Assembly (NCBI GenBank): GCA_039925145.1
Contig: JBDSZL010000018.1
Location: 441 to 64,440, forward strand
Reading direction: 5' to 3'
Source of the DNA: Vicinamibacterales bacterium
Lineage (GTDB): Bacteria; Acidobacteriota; Vicinamibacteria; Vicinamibacterales; SCN-69-37
Length of the DNA: 64,000 nt
The notes under the pieces are model-generated. The model was not told where the DNA came from. It saw only the letters and a list, made by a program, of their open reading frames with translations, and did no database searches. The translations under genes were made by a program, and so were the position numbers. The stretch's first letter is position 1. The number at the start of each line of letters is the position of its first letter. Positions 10,540 to 21,149 of this stretch are shown one piece after another.

Positions 10540-11586
10540 ATGAGAACTGTGCGTAACCGCGTCATGGCAGGGACTTTCGGAGCCATCGTCTGCTTGTGGG
10601 CAGGTGGTCAGGTGCTCGTCGGTCAGCGGCAGATGCCGCCAGCTTGGCCGTACGGGCAGCCACAGTTGGCCCCAGGCGTCGTGCCGCCGCAGGCACCGCC
10701 ACAGCGCACGCCAGCGGCGACGCCCGCGGCCGCCCCCAATCCGAATGCTCCTCCTCCGGTATTGCGACAGGCCGAAGGGTCGAAGTTTCAGTTCGCGCAG
10801 CAGCAGATTGGCGATAACTACGGTCCGGCAGACTGGTTTCCCGAAGACCACCCGCCCATGCCAGACATCGTCGCCCACGGCCGGCCGGGCGTGGTCCGGG
10901 CCTGCGGGCTGTGCCACCTGCCAACCGGCCGAGGGCGCCCAGAGAACGCCCCGGTCCAGGGGCTGCCGCACGACTACATCGTCCAGCAGTTGCGTGACTT
11001 CAAACAGGGCGTGCGCCACAGCGCCGACCCGCGCAAAGCGAACACCGGCGAGATGGAAAACATCGCCAAGGCGTTGACCGAGCAGGAAATCGAGCAGGTC
11101 GCCACGTACTTTTCATCGATCAAAGTCCCCAAATACGTGCGCGTGGTCGAAACCGACGCCGTGCCCACGATGCGGATCATGGGCGAGATCTACTTTCCGA
11201 CCGACGATGGCCAGAAGGAGCCGATCGGCGTGCGCATCATCGAGACGCCGGAAAACGTGGCGCAGACGCAGCTGCGCAACCCGCGTTCGGGATTCATTGC
11301 GTACGCCCCGGTGGGCAGCGTGAAACGCGGCGAGGCCCTGGCCACGTCGGGAGGCAACGGCAAGACGATCGCCTGCAGCACCTGCCACGGCCCGGAGCTG
11401 AAGGGCGTCGGCCCGATCCCCACCCTGGCGGGCCGCTCACCGAGTTATCTCGCGCGCCAGATGTATGACATCAAGCTCGGCACCCGCAACGGCGCGATGG
11501 CAGCGCTGATGAAGCCGGTCGTCACCAACCTCACCGACAGCGACATCGTCGATCTCATCGCCTACGTCTCTTCGTTGACGCCCTAG
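10540..11586 (+). CDS. Dihaem c-type cytochrome, secreted
   Basis: Two CxxCH motifs (CGLCH, CSTCH) and a signal-like N-terminus. The start could instead be ATG 10564. Confidence 0.7.
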   Translation: MRTVRNRVMAGTFGAIVCLWAGGQVLVGQRQMPPAWPYGQPQLAPGVVPPQAPPQRTPAATPAAAPNPNAPPPVLRQAEGSKFQFAQQQIGDNYGPADWFPEDHPPMPDIVAHGRPGVVRACGLCHLPTGRGRPENAPVQGLPHDYIVQQLRDFKQGVRHSADPRKANTGEMENIAKALTEQEIEQVATYFSSIKVPKYVRVVETDAVPTMRIMGEIYFPTDDGQKEPIGVRIIETPENVAQTQLRNPRSGFIAYAPVGSVKRGEALATSGGNGKTIACSTCHGPELKGVGPIPTLAGRSPSYLARQMYDIKLGTRNGAMAALMKPVVTNLTDSDIVDLIAYVSSLTP

Positions 11587-11616
11587 ACGGACGTCACAGC
11601 ATCGAGGGCCGCCCTG

Positions 11617-13077
11617 TTGTCACCAGCCGGGCGGTGTCTTTTGGGGGAACACGTGGCGGTGCCACGTTCGTCCAATGAACTAACCGTGCGCATCCGATCT
11701 TCCCGAATCTGGCTGTTCCTACTGGTCTTGCTGCTGGCCGCCGCAGCTGTGACCATAATGACCCGGCCGCCCGAGCCGGTGGTCGCCCGGAACGTCCGAC
11801 CGCAGCCGCAGGCTGTGACCCTCGGCACCCTCACACAAGAAGAGCTGTTCGACCCCGAGAGAATGTGGACGGCCCAGCTGACGCTGACCACCGATCAGTG
11901 GAACAGGATGCAGCCGACCTTCGGCGGAGCCGCACGGAGCTCTGGTGATGACTGGCTTCAGAGTGCAAAGGGTGGCCGAAACGGGTGGGGCACGGTGCTC
12001 GGTGTCGAATTCGCCTACGTTCATGTCGATCTGGAGTTCGAGGGGACGCGTCTGCCAGACGTGGCGGTTCGATTCAAGGGCAACGGCACCTTCACGAATT
12101 CCGGTGGGAAGCCGGCGAAGAACTCCCTCAAGATCGATCTGAACAAGTTCGTCAAAGGACAGACCATCGCCGGCGTCTCCACGCTGAATTTTCACAACAA
12201 CGTGACCGACGAGGGGCTGCTCAACGAGACCGTCGCGTTCCGGCTGTTTCGAGAGGCTGAGGTTCCGGCGCCGCGAACATCGTGGGTGCGGGTCTTTCTC
12301 TCGGTTCAGGGCCGCTACGACCGACAGTATCTGGGCTTGTACTCACTGGTCGAAAACGTCGACACGCACTTCCTGAACAGCCGGTCGGCGGACAAAGCTG
12401 GCGCGATTCTGAAGCCCTCCACCCGCAATCCGTTTCTGGATCGCGGTGACAGCTGGAGCGCGGCATACCAGCAGACCTACGACCCGAAGACGGATCTGAC
12501 GTCGGCCGAGCAGCGCCGAGTCATCGAGTTCTCACAATTCGTTTCCACGGCGAGTGATAGTGACTTCGAGGCGCGCATTGGCCAGTTCATCGATATCGAT
12601 GAGTTCGCGCGCTACTTCGCCGTGGTCCTGTGGCTGGCCGATCTGGACGGCATGCTGGAACGCGGACAGAACTACTACGTCCACATGCCGCCAGGCAATG
12701 GACCGTTCGCGTTCATCCCCTGGGACCAGGATCGAACGTTCGGCACCTGGGCCAAAATCGAACCGGGCCGCTACGACACGCTGTCGATCGATCCCCCGTG
12801 GGGGTCATCGGTACGAGTGCGTTTTCTGGAGCGCATGAATGGCGTGCCCGCGTTTCGCAATGCTTACCGGTCGCGTCTGCATGAGTTCACCCAGACCATT
12901 CTCACAGCCGACTCCATCGCGCCCTTCATGACGACAGTGGCCCGAGTGATTCGGCCGGCGGTCGTGGACGAGCCGTCGCGCCTGGCCAGATTTGACCGAT
13001 CAGCCGCTGGTCAGGAGGGGATTCTGCCGTTTGCCAAGCTGCGCACCGCCTCGGTGGCGGAGCAGTTGGCTCGCTAA
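11617..13077 (+). CDS. CotH kinase family protein
   Basis: NSLKIDLNKF, LNFHNNVTDEGLLNETVAFRLFREAEVPAPR, YLGLYSLVENVD.HFL are CotH hallmarks. N-terminal TM. Exact start uncertain. Confidence 0.7.
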   Translation: MSPAGRCLLGEHVAVPRSSNELTVRIRSSRIWLFLLVLLLAAAAVTIMTRPPEPVVARNVRPQPQAVTLGTLTQEELFDPERMWTAQLTLTTDQWNRMQPTFGGAARSSGDDWLQSAKGGRNGWGTVLGVEFAYVHVDLEFEGTRLPDVAVRFKGNGTFTNSGGKPAKNSLKIDLNKFVKGQTIAGVSTLNFHNNVTDEGLLNETVAFRLFREAEVPAPRTSWVRVFLSVQGRYDRQYLGLYSLVENVDTHFLNSRSADKAGAILKPSTRNPFLDRGDSWSAAYQQTYDPKTDLTSAEQRRVIEFSQFVSTASDSDFEARIGQFIDIDEFARYFAVVLWLADLDGMLERGQNYYVHMPPGNGPFAFIPWDQDRTFGTWAKIEPGRYDTLSIDPPWGSSVRVRFLERMNGVPAFRNAYRSRLHEFTQTILTADSIAPFMTTVARVIRPAVVDEPSRLARFDRSAAGQEGILPFAKLRTASVAEQLAR

Positions 13078-13096
13078 CGCTGGCGCGCCGCCCTGG

Positions 13097-13747
13097 CTAA
13101 TTGGGAATAGCATCGGGGATGTAGTCCGCGACGATGTGCGCGTGGCTATCGAACAGCACCATCCAGTGGCCGACGAAGCGATATTCGAGATCCTCGGCAA
13201 GTTCCGGTAACGTCTGCAGGACCTGCGGAGGCACGCTCGTGAGCGGAACGCTGTCGGGGTAGCGGCTGTTCACCCTCAGCTTCAGCGAGGAGGCGTTCAC
13301 GGTGTTTTCATCCATGATCGAGGACTTGAGCTGCTTGCCGTCTGGGCCCTCGAACACGCTGACAAGCAGGCGCTTAATCACGGGCGTCGCTTCGGGCGTG
13401 AAGAGGTCGCCCTGTTTCGCCGTTGCCCTCGCCTCGCGCATCTTCTTTTCGAATCTGCGCTGGCTCTGGTCCAACTGCTCTGGTGTGGCATCCTTCGGGA
13501 GCTTCGGCAGAGCGGCTTCGATACGCTGGTGCAGCTCCACGTAATCCCTCAGCCTGTCGTTCATCGTCGCGAGCGCCTGTGCATCGGCGGGGGTGAGGGG
13601 ACCCACGACGCGTTCTGTGGCGGGCGCTGACACCGGCGATGCCGTGGTGGCTGGGGGCGGAGGTGGCGTGTCGTTGCCCCTGCAACCGGCGGCGGACAAC
13701 GTGACGATAGAGAGAACGGTAATGGAGAAGTGCCGTGTTGTCGGCAT
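13097..13747 (-). CDS. Secreted lipoprotein-like protein of unknown function (paralog of 26167..26808)
   Basis: Signal peptide with LSAAGC lipobox. C-terminal ~140 aa are about half identical by eye to the 26167..26808 product (QGDLFTP, GKQL..S.MDEN, RYPD..PL...PP.VL..LP.L...LEYRF.G..., DYIP.A.P). Confidence 0.65.
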   Translation of the reverse strand: MPTTRHFSITVLSIVTLSAAGCRGNDTPPPPPATTASPVSAPATERVVGPLTPADAQALATMNDRLRDYVELHQRIEAALPKLPKDATPEQLDQSQRRFEKKMREARATAKQGDLFTPEATPVIKRLLVSVFEGPDGKQLKSSIMDENTVNASSLKLRVNSRYPDSVPLTSVPPQVLQTLPELAEDLEYRFVGHWMVLFDSHAHIVADYIPDAIPN

Positions 13748-13911
13748 ACGTGCTCCTCAGAAGACCAGCGCCAACGACGCGGCCCGCATCCATGACTTCG
13801 AGGCCACAGACCTCGATGCTACACTGCCGCGATGACAAACAGGCCAGCGATTTCGGCCGCGAGGGCATGCCGTCGCCACACGATAGCCGCGGGGCGCGGT
13901 AACCGAACGAA

Positions 13912-14553
13912 GTGCCCATGCCTCATCGCATACTCCTGATCGGAGCGACGGGTCAGCTCGGTCGGCAAATCCTGGCACAGGCCCTCGAGCAGCGCCACAT
14001 GGTGACAGCTCTGGCGCGGCGCCCCGAGGTGCTGACGGTGGATCACCCGTTGCTGACCAGAGCCGCTGCTGATGTCGTCACGGATCCGGGCGGGCTCACG
14101 CGCCTTCTTCCCGGCCACGATGTGGTCATCAGCGCGCTCGGTCGCGGCCTGCAGCTGCGCTCCGGGAACCTGCTGGCTCGTGCCACGCCAATCATCGTGG
14201 ACGCGATGCAGCGCGCGGGGATCGGTCGGCTGGTCTTTGTCTCGGCGTTTGGCGTCGGCAACACCGCACCGGATGCGCCGTGGCTGCAAAGGCTGATGTT
14301 CCGCTCGATGCTCCGCAACATCTACGCCGACAAAGCCATTGCGGAGTCCGTCGTGATGCGCAGTTCGCTGAAGTGGACGATTATGGCGCCGACCATGTTG
14401 ACGAACCGCGCCGGGGTGGGCCGCTACAGGATCTCATCCGGGACGCCTCCAGCCGGCCCGTGGCGTCTGTCACGCGCCGATGCGGCGAGCGCGGTGCTTG
14501 CCTGCCTGGACGATCCCACAGCGATCGGGCAGCGTCTTACCGTTGGGCCTTGA
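13912..14553 (+). CDS. NAD(P)H-binding oxidoreductase (NmrA/atypical SDR-like)
   Basis: ILLIGATGQLGRQIL Rossmann motif; size about 210 aa. Confidence 0.7.
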   Translation: MPMPHRILLIGATGQLGRQILAQALEQRHMVTALARRPEVLTVDHPLLTRAAADVVTDPGGLTRLLPGHDVVISALGRGLQLRSGNLLARATPIIVDAMQRAGIGRLVFVSAFGVGNTAPDAPWLQRLMFRSMLRNIYADKAIAESVVMRSSLKWTIMAPTMLTNRAGVGRYRISSGTPPAGPWRLSRADAASAVLACLDDPTAIGQRLTVGP

Positions 14554-14770
14554 ATCACCGCGTGGGCGCGGGCTCCTCGTTTGCGACCCACGAGCCGCAA
14601 CGGTGAAGACATCTGCTGATTTAAGTCCCCGTGGGCGGAGACATTTGGCTTACAAACGTGTGCGTGGTGCCGTAAACCTCAGAGCGGCAGACTAGTTACG
14701 CAAAGCCCTCCTCCTGGTATCGAAGTTGCGGAAGAGACGGTCACCCCCGTTCTCGAGGAGGAGAACAGAA

Positions 14771-15133
14771 ATGACATCCGAAAGTACGACGTTCGAGACC
14801 ACGATTTGGCAATCGCTGCGGCACCTGTGGTGTCATCATCGCCGTACGATCATCACGCCCAAGACCGAGGCGATGCCCGCACACGTGGTCTGTCAGGCGT
14901 GCGGGTGGCGCGAGCCCCTGCTGGCTACCGCTCCGAAGGCCACGCGGACATGGGATTCCACGCGCGACGAAGCTCGCTATGTTCGTGACAAGAAGCGGCG
15001 CGTGGCCGCGGAAGAACAGCGGCAGGTCGCGGTCGCCCAACTGTCGACACCCACGCAGAAGGTCGTTCGGAGGCGTCGCGCTGGCCGTGCCAATGTGCTC
15101 GAGATGAACCGGGCCGTCGGCGGGACGCGGTAG
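14771..15133 (+). CDS. Hypothetical basic protein
   Basis: ATG preceded by GGAGGAG at the right spacing. No recognisable domain; one CxxC (CQAC). Confidence 0.4.
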   Translation: MTSESTTFETTIWQSLRHLWCHHRRTIITPKTEAMPAHVVCQACGWREPLLATAPKATRTWDSTRDEARYVRDKKRRVAAEEQRQVAVAQLSTPTQKVVRRRRAGRANVLEMNRAVGGTR

Positions 15134-15280
15134 GTCAGATCCGAGATTCTCCTCGACCGCCCGCAGCAGCCGGTCTCTTAGGGAAGGCCTGCGGGCGGAG
15201 ATCTCCACAGGGCGTATCCGATTCGTCACATCACCGGCCGGACCGCCTGGGCGAGAACCGTCAGGCGTGGGGCCCGGTTG

Positions 15281-16312
15281 TCAGGGACACAGCACGATCT
15301 TTCCCAGGCCGGGCTCGTGATGGTAGAGACGATCGAACCATGATGCGCCGTCGGCGAGGGGTGCCACGGCGGAGATGAGCGGCGCGACCTGAATGATGCC
15401 GCGCGCCATCAGGTCGATGCACTGTGGGTACTCACCGCTCGACGCACAGGATCCCTGCAGGCGAATCTGCCGCGTGACGACATACTGCAACGGCATCTCA
15501 ATCTGTGGCGCGAGATTACCGACGAGCGTCACGCTGCCGCCCTTCCGCACCGAGGCGATCGCCGTCCCTACTGGATCGGTATAGCCCACGCACTCGAACG
15601 CCAGGTCGGCGCCTCGTCCGGCGGTCATCTCGCGAACAGCCTCGGGGACATTCACAAGCGTCGGGTTGAGCACATCGGTCGCGCCAATGGTGCGGGCGCG
15701 TTGGAGCTTCGAGTCCTCGATATCGACAGCGATAATCCGCGTGCATCCGGCGGCCCTGGCGGCCTGCAGCGTCACAGATCCAATCATCCCGGCGCCAACG
15801 ACCACGACGGTGTCGCCCAAATGGACGTCGGTAATCGACACGGCGTGAACGCCGATGGAAACAGCTTCGATCAGGGCAGCCTGTTCGTAAGGGAAGTCGT
15901 CCGGCAGGCGGTAGACGATGCGTCGCGGGATCGACACGTACTCGGCAAACGCGCCGTGCCGTTTGAATTCCTTCGGAGCCACGCCGACAACCTGACGATC
16001 GTCGCAGAGGTTGACGTCGCCGCGGACGCAGAAGCCACAGCGGCCGCAGTAGACGGTGGAATCGAACGTGACCCGATCGCCGGCGACGAGATCGCGCACG
16101 GCACTGCCGACACGCGCCACCTCTCCGGCGGCTTCGTGTCCCATGATCAACGGCGGGTGACGGCGCCCCGACGATCCGTCGAAGCCGTGCACATCCGAAC
16201 CACAGATGCCGCACGCGCGCACGCGCACGAGCACATCGTCCGGGCCAACGGCTGGTTCCGGGACGTCAGTGAGCTCGAGCTTCAGATAATCGGTAAGAAC
16301 CAGTGCCTGCAT
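15281..16312 (-). CDS. Zinc-dependent alcohol/polyol dehydrogenase (MDR family)
   Basis: VRACGICGSDVH, GHEAAGEV, structural-zinc Cys cluster CGRCGFC, and GAGMIG Rossmann motif. Confidence 0.85.
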   Translation of the reverse strand: MQALVLTDYLKLELTDVPEPAVGPDDVLVRVRACGICGSDVHGFDGSSGRRHPPLIMGHEAAGEVARVGSAVRDLVAGDRVTFDSTVYCGRCGFCVRGDVNLCDDRQVVGVAPKEFKRHGAFAEYVSIPRRIVYRLPDDFPYEQAALIEAVSIGVHAVSITDVHLGDTVVVVGAGMIGSVTLQAARAAGCTRIIAVDIEDSKLQRARTIGATDVLNPTLVNVPEAVREMTAGRGADLAFECVGYTDPVGTAIASVRKGGSVTLVGNLAPQIEMPLQYVVTRQIRLQGSCASSGEYPQCIDLMARGIIQVAPLISAVAPLADGASWFDRLYHHEPGLGKIVLCP

Positions 16313-16449
16313 TGGCGCATTCTAACGAGACCGGAGGTCCCGTCACAAGCGGCGGGCGCAAAGCCAGGGGCGGCCATCCGGATGGCGGTCCCGATCGCGT
16401 GGTGTCAGACGCCATCGGGCCGGTCGGGTGCGTTCGTGCTGAACCGGGT

Positions 16450-17115
16450 ATGCTGCGCTGCGGTGACCACGTGAAAATTCTTAATGTTGCCGTCGGCCGG
16501 CCCCAACACATCGAGTGGCAGGGCGACCTCGTGCTCACAAGCATCGTCAAGACTGCCGTGACGCACCGCGTGTGGGTGAGCCGGACGAACATTCAGGGCG
16601 ACGAACAGTCCGATCTGACGGTGCACGGCGGGTCGGGCAAAGCCGTCTACGTGTATCCGTCGGAACACTATTCCGCCTGGCGACATGAACTGTCGATCGA
16701 CGTCTTACCCTGGGCGTCGTTTGGCGAGAACCTCACGGCCGTCGGCCTGCGCGAAGACGAGGTCTTCATCGGCGACCGCTACCGCATTGGATCGGCCGAG
16801 TTCATCGTCACCCAGCCTCGCCTGCCGTGTTACAAGCTCGCGCTCAAATTCGGGCGCGCGGATATTGTGCGACGGTTCAGCAAGGCGGATCGCAGCGGTT
16901 TCTATCTCGCTGTCGAGCGCGAAGGGGAAATTGGCGTCGACGATGACGTCGTACTCCTCGAGCGCGACACCCACGCGCTCACGGTGGCGGAGGCATATCG
17001 CTTAAAGCTCGGCGGCGGGTCGCGGACGCGACTCGAGGTTGCCGCCACGCACCCCGCGCTGCCGCCTGGCTGGCGGAGCGCCTTTCAGCGCCGGCTGGAC
17101 GGCGACGATGCCTGA
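16450..17115 (+). CDS. MOSC domain-containing protein (YiiM-like, with C-terminal 3-alpha domain)
   Basis: GDEQSDLTVHGG, GENLT..GL.EDEVFIGDRYRIGSAEFIVTQPRLPCYKL. The start may instead be GTG 16471. Confidence 0.75.
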   Translation: MLRCGDHVKILNVAVGRPQHIEWQGDLVLTSIVKTAVTHRVWVSRTNIQGDEQSDLTVHGGSGKAVYVYPSEHYSAWRHELSIDVLPWASFGENLTAVGLREDEVFIGDRYRIGSAEFIVTQPRLPCYKLALKFGRADIVRRFSKADRSGFYLAVEREGEIGVDDDVVLLERDTHALTVAEAYRLKLGGGSRTRLEVAATHPALPPGWRSAFQRRLDGDDA

Positions 17116-17174
17116 GCGGCCGGTTCGCCGACGACTCGACCGCGGTGCCGGGTTTGGCACCAGCACGGTCTGAT

Positions 17175-18422
17175 TCAACTGCCGGGAGGAGGTGCGGTCG
17201 TCGCGAGCGGGCTCTTGGGCAGCGAGAAGGCTGCTGGGAGGTCAGGCTTGGCAGGATCGAACCCGCGGAAGTCAGCGACGATGTGCTTCGCCAGGTCCAG
17301 CTTGGCAGCGCGAATTCCTTCGAGCACGCACTTGACGATCTCGTAGCTGCCGTAATCGCTGTGGTGCGTCCCTTCCTGCATGGTCGCAAACGCGAGGTGC
17401 GACGTTTCCGGCCCCAGCGCCTCATAGAAGGTGGCGCTCGACATCTGCAGGTCGATGAGCGCCACGTTCTTCTCGCGCGCGACTTCACGCACGGCCTGTG
17501 TGTAGCCGCGGAACGAGTCGACGATTCGGCGTCCGGCGTCGTCGAAGGTGCGCCGGCTCACCGACGTGATCAGCACAGGTGTGGCGCCGTGACGGCGCGT
17601 CTCGTCCACAATGCTCCGGAGGGCAGCCGCGTAGGTGGGCAGCGCGTCGCTCTCGGTGCTCTTCATGTCGTTGTGACCGAACTGGAGGAGCAGGTAATCA
17701 CCTTTGGTGATGAGACTGAACACCTTCTCGAACCGTCCCGCCGTGAGGGAGCTCGCAATGGCTTCGCCTGACTCGGCATGGTTGGCGACGGCGACGTCGG
17801 GCCGGAGGAAACGCGTGAGCATCTGGCCCCAGCTGTTGAACGGCTCGCGCGGCTGGTCGCACATCGTGGAGTCACCGAGCAGATAGACGGTCGGCATTGT
17901 GACCTTCTCGATGTCCATGGTCGCGACGCCCGGATGTGCACCGTTAATCTCGATCGTCAGCCGGTCGTCCCAGGCCCACGCTTCCATTCCTTTCTCACGG
18001 TCCTTCAATCGAACCGTTCTGCCGCCGCCCAGGTCGGGGCGGCGCACATTGACGATGAACGATCGCGTCGTGAAGGCGCCCGCTTCGGTCTTGACGCCTT
18101 CGACCATCAACCGGCGCAATTCCGCATAGATGGTCGTGTCGGTAGATTGCTGGTGATGCCCCAGCTTCACGGTGACCCGGTAGTTGCCCTCTGAGACGCG
18201 GGCTGAGAAAAAGCCTGCGCTGCCGGCCCCGGCCTCGAAGCCGAAGCCGCTTTCCTGGGTATATGTCGTATCGGGGAGCACACGTTCGTAGCCCGACGGG
18301 TTTTCAGCGCCGAACGAAAACTTCAGGCCTGGTGCTGAGGAGGTGCGCGCGCTGGTCACCGCCGTCGTCAGGAGCGAGACGCACAGCAGCGCCATTGGTA
18401 ACCGTGGAAAGAGTCGGATCAC
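17175..18422 (-). CDS. SGNH/GDSL hydrolase, rhamnogalacturonan acetylesterase-like, secreted
   Basis: Block I TVYLLGDSTMCDQ; C-terminal HHSDYGSYE block. Start set at GTG 18422, which gives a proper signal peptide. Confidence 0.65.
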   Translation of the reverse strand: MIRLFPRLPMALLCVSLLTTAVTSARTSSAPGLKFSFGAENPSGYERVLPDTTYTQESGFGFEAGAGSAGFFSARVSEGNYRVTVKLGHHQQSTDTTIYAELRRLMVEGVKTEAGAFTTRSFIVNVRRPDLGGGRTVRLKDREKGMEAWAWDDRLTIEINGAHPGVATMDIEKVTMPTVYLLGDSTMCDQPREPFNSWGQMLTRFLRPDVAVANHAESGEAIASSLTAGRFEKVFSLITKGDYLLLQFGHNDMKSTESDALPTYAAALRSIVDETRRHGATPVLITSVSRRTFDDAGRRIVDSFRGYTQAVREVAREKNVALIDLQMSSATFYEALGPETSHLAFATMQEGTHHSDYGSYEIVKCVLEGIRAAKLDLAKHIVADFRGFDPAKPDLPAAFSLPKSPLATTAPPPGS

Positions 18423-18513
18423 ATGAGCCTCGTGACGAGCAGAATAGCACCGCGTGCACGGCGATCCCTCCGAGCCCATCCGCCGCAATCCGTAACAAAG
18501 ACCCCTCCTGATT

Positions 18514-20067
18514 TCAGGCGGCATCATCAGGCTCGGTCGTCCATTGAGCCGTCAGAAAGAGCAGCGCCATGCCGGCATAGGCTATGGCGAATGGCCAGGC
18601 CGGCGCGAGCTTGAGCACCGTATCTCCGGCAGTCCACTGGTACGAGTGCATGATCCCGGTGACTGACATCGCCGACGCGACCGCGCACCAGGCCGCGGCG
18701 GTTTTCCACTTCCGCTGAATCACGCTGACAGCGGCCGCCGAGAGCAGCATCGCGGTGAACAGAAATCCCTGCTCGAGCGAGAACACGCCGTGAATCCACG
18801 TGTCGCTCTTCTGGAATTCACCCACGAGGGCCTCCGTGAAGGGCCGGGCCTCGGTGCCCATGCCTGCCGCCCTCAGGCCGTTCTTCGCCATGAGGGCGGC
18901 CCACGCACCTAGACCGGGCAGCAGGCCGATCACCACGGCGGGCGCATGCTCGCGTGGCGTCGCCTGAAACGCTTGCGCGCTGATGACGATGCCGATCCAG
19001 AGGACGATCGCCATGCCGGCATCGATCGGCACGGCCCACGCAATCCAGGCCAGCGTGCCGGTCAGACAGATGATCGTGATGAACAGGCCATTCAGGACCG
19101 AGTAGCCGGCGCGAGCCCCGAGGGCTTTCCATCCCGGGTGTCCGATGTAGATGGTGGTGGGAAAGACCGAGCCGAACAACGCGGCACAGACGCTGCCGAT
19201 CCCGTTGATCAGGAGCGACGGCTGCGTGTCGTAGAGATCGCCGGCGGCTTCGGCTGATTCGATGTTCTGTAACGACGCGAGCACATTGGCCGAGCCCATG
19301 GCGAGGATGACCGACAGGTACGGCAGCAGGTGGCCGCCTCTGAGCGCGGCAAGCAGATCGCCCACGACGGGAATGGGAAGGTGCAACGATGGCGGTGCCG
19401 GCGTGGCCGGCCCAGGGGCGACGCCGATCGCCCACGCCAACGCGGTGCCGATGGCGATGGCCACGAGACCACCTGGCAGGCGCCCCTTGAAACGCACGCG
19501 GCCGAAGTAGGTCAGCATGACGACTCCGAACGTGGTCAAACCCACCACCGGACGTGCGAAGGCTCGAAAGAGGAACCCACCCGAGATGAACCCGATGGCA
19601 ATGCCGGCCAGGGTGGAGAGCAACGCCGCTCTTGGTGTGGCCTTGCGGAGTCGCTCCGCAAAGAAGGCGGCGCCAATCTCCATCAGTCCCGAGCACAGGG
19701 TGGCGACAAGGCCCGCCTGCCACGCCACACGCGAGGGATCGGCGGCGCCCGCCGCGGTCGCCAGAGCCTTAGCCGGCAGCATGACGAGAAACACATGCGC
19801 AATCAGCGAGACGGTGTTGATGCCGTACGGCAGCGCGCAGACGTCCGTGCGCCCGGTGCGTTCGGCCAGTCGCCTGGCCTGCCAGGCGTAGAAGAGATTG
19901 CCGACGAGGATCGACACCGCGGCTCCAGGCAGCACCCGGCCATAGATAAGGTCAGGTGGAAAGCCAAGCACGAACTGGCAGAGCGTGTCGATCAGGAGTA
20001 GCTGGACGAGGTTGTCGAGCGCCAGCCCAAAGAAGCCGTCGATGTCGCCGCGGACCATCCAACGCAT
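18514..20067 (-). CDS. NCS2 family permease (xanthine/uracil/vitamin C permease-like, AzgA-type)
   Basis: Polytopic. The opening GDIDGFFGLALDNLVQLL and ALPYGINT resemble AzgA-like purine permeases. Confidence 0.6.
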   Translation of the reverse strand: MRWMVRGDIDGFFGLALDNLVQLLLIDTLCQFVLGFPPDLIYGRVLPGAAVSILVGNLFYAWQARRLAERTGRTDVCALPYGINTVSLIAHVFLVMLPAKALATAAGAADPSRVAWQAGLVATLCSGLMEIGAAFFAERLRKATPRAALLSTLAGIAIGFISGGFLFRAFARPVVGLTTFGVVMLTYFGRVRFKGRLPGGLVAIAIGTALAWAIGVAPGPATPAPPSLHLPIPVVGDLLAALRGGHLLPYLSVILAMGSANVLASLQNIESAEAAGDLYDTQPSLLINGIGSVCAALFGSVFPTTIYIGHPGWKALGARAGYSVLNGLFITIICLTGTLAWIAWAVPIDAGMAIVLWIGIVISAQAFQATPREHAPAVVIGLLPGLGAWAALMAKNGLRAAGMGTEARPFTEALVGEFQKSDTWIHGVFSLEQGFLFTAMLLSAAAVSVIQRKWKTAAAWCAVASAMSVTGIMHSYQWTAGDTVLKLAPAWPFAIAYAGMALLFLTAQWTTEPDDAA

Positions 20068-20147
20068 GGCGCCGAGAATAGCCCAAGGTCGGACTCCGCG
20101 GCTATCGGCGCGAGACAGCGCGCGCCTGCGCTACTATCTCTTCATCC

Positions 20148-21068
20148 ATGTCTGTGTGCAGGAGGTCCTTTATGGCTCGACCGCTCGCTGCCCGTTTGCG
20201 CGTTTGGGGCATCTTGCTGTTCACCGTGCTCGTAGCGGCTTCGCGTCCTGCGGCACAGGGTCCGGCCGCGCCCGCTCGCGATCCGAACCGGAAAGACTGG
20301 CTCCAGCTCTTCAACGGACGCGACCTGAACGACTGGATTCCCAAATTCGCCAAGCACGACATGGGGGAGAATTTCCGGAACACGTTCCGGGTCGACGGCG
20401 GCATGTTGACGGTTCGCTACGATCAGTGGCCGCAGTTCGATGGGGAATTCGGGCATCTCTTCTACAAGGATCCGTTCTCGTTCTACATCATCGCGGCCGA
20501 GTACCGGTTCGTGGGTGAGCAGGTCAAGGGTGGTCCCGCCTGGGCGATTCGCAACAACGGCTTGATGCTCCAGAGCCCCCATCCCAGGACGATGGTGCGC
20601 GATCAGGATTTCCCGATCTCGATTGAAGTGCAGTTGTTGGGGGGCCTCAGTGATGGCAAGCCCCGGACGACAGCCAACGTCTGCACGCCCGGCACGAACA
20701 TCGTGCTGAATGGCCAGCTGCACACAGCTCACTGCACGAACTCCACGTCGAAGACGTACGATGGAGATCAGTGGGTGCGGGTCGAGGTTCTTGTGCAGGG
20801 CGATACGCTGATGCGCCATCTGGTCGAGGGCCAGAACGTGCTCGAATACTCGAAGCCTCAAATGGGCGGGGGAGCGGTGGCCCCGGTCGATCCAGCCGTG
20901 AAAGTGGACGGAACGCCGCTAACAGCTGGATACATCTCGGTGCAGGCGGAGACGGCGCCAATCGACTTCCGCAAGATCGAACTGCTGAACCTCGAGGGGT
21001 GCACCGACCCGGCGGCCCCCAGCTACAAGAGCTACTTCGTGAAATCCAACCCGGCTCTCTGCCGGTGA
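20148..21068 (+). CDS. DUF1080 (3-keto-disaccharide hydrolase-like) domain protein, secreted
   Basis: DWLQLFNGRDLNDW...FRVDGGML...GYISVQAE..PIDFRKIEL is the DUF1080 pattern. Confidence 0.7.
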   Translation: MSVCRRSFMARPLAARLRVWGILLFTVLVAASRPAAQGPAAPARDPNRKDWLQLFNGRDLNDWIPKFAKHDMGENFRNTFRVDGGMLTVRYDQWPQFDGEFGHLFYKDPFSFYIIAAEYRFVGEQVKGGPAWAIRNNGLMLQSPHPRTMVRDQDFPISIEVQLLGGLSDGKPRTTANVCTPGTNIVLNGQLHTAHCTNSTSKTYDGDQWVRVEVLVQGDTLMRHLVEGQNVLEYSKPQMGGGAVAPVDPAVKVDGTPLTAGYISVQAETAPIDFRKIELLNLEGCTDPAAPSYKSYFVKSNPALCR

Positions 21069-21149
21069 TTGGTCATGTCGAAGGTTGGCTGTGGCGGCGG
21101 GATGTGCGAGGCTAGTGGCTTCTCTCTTTTTGTGGAGCGGATTGGACCT

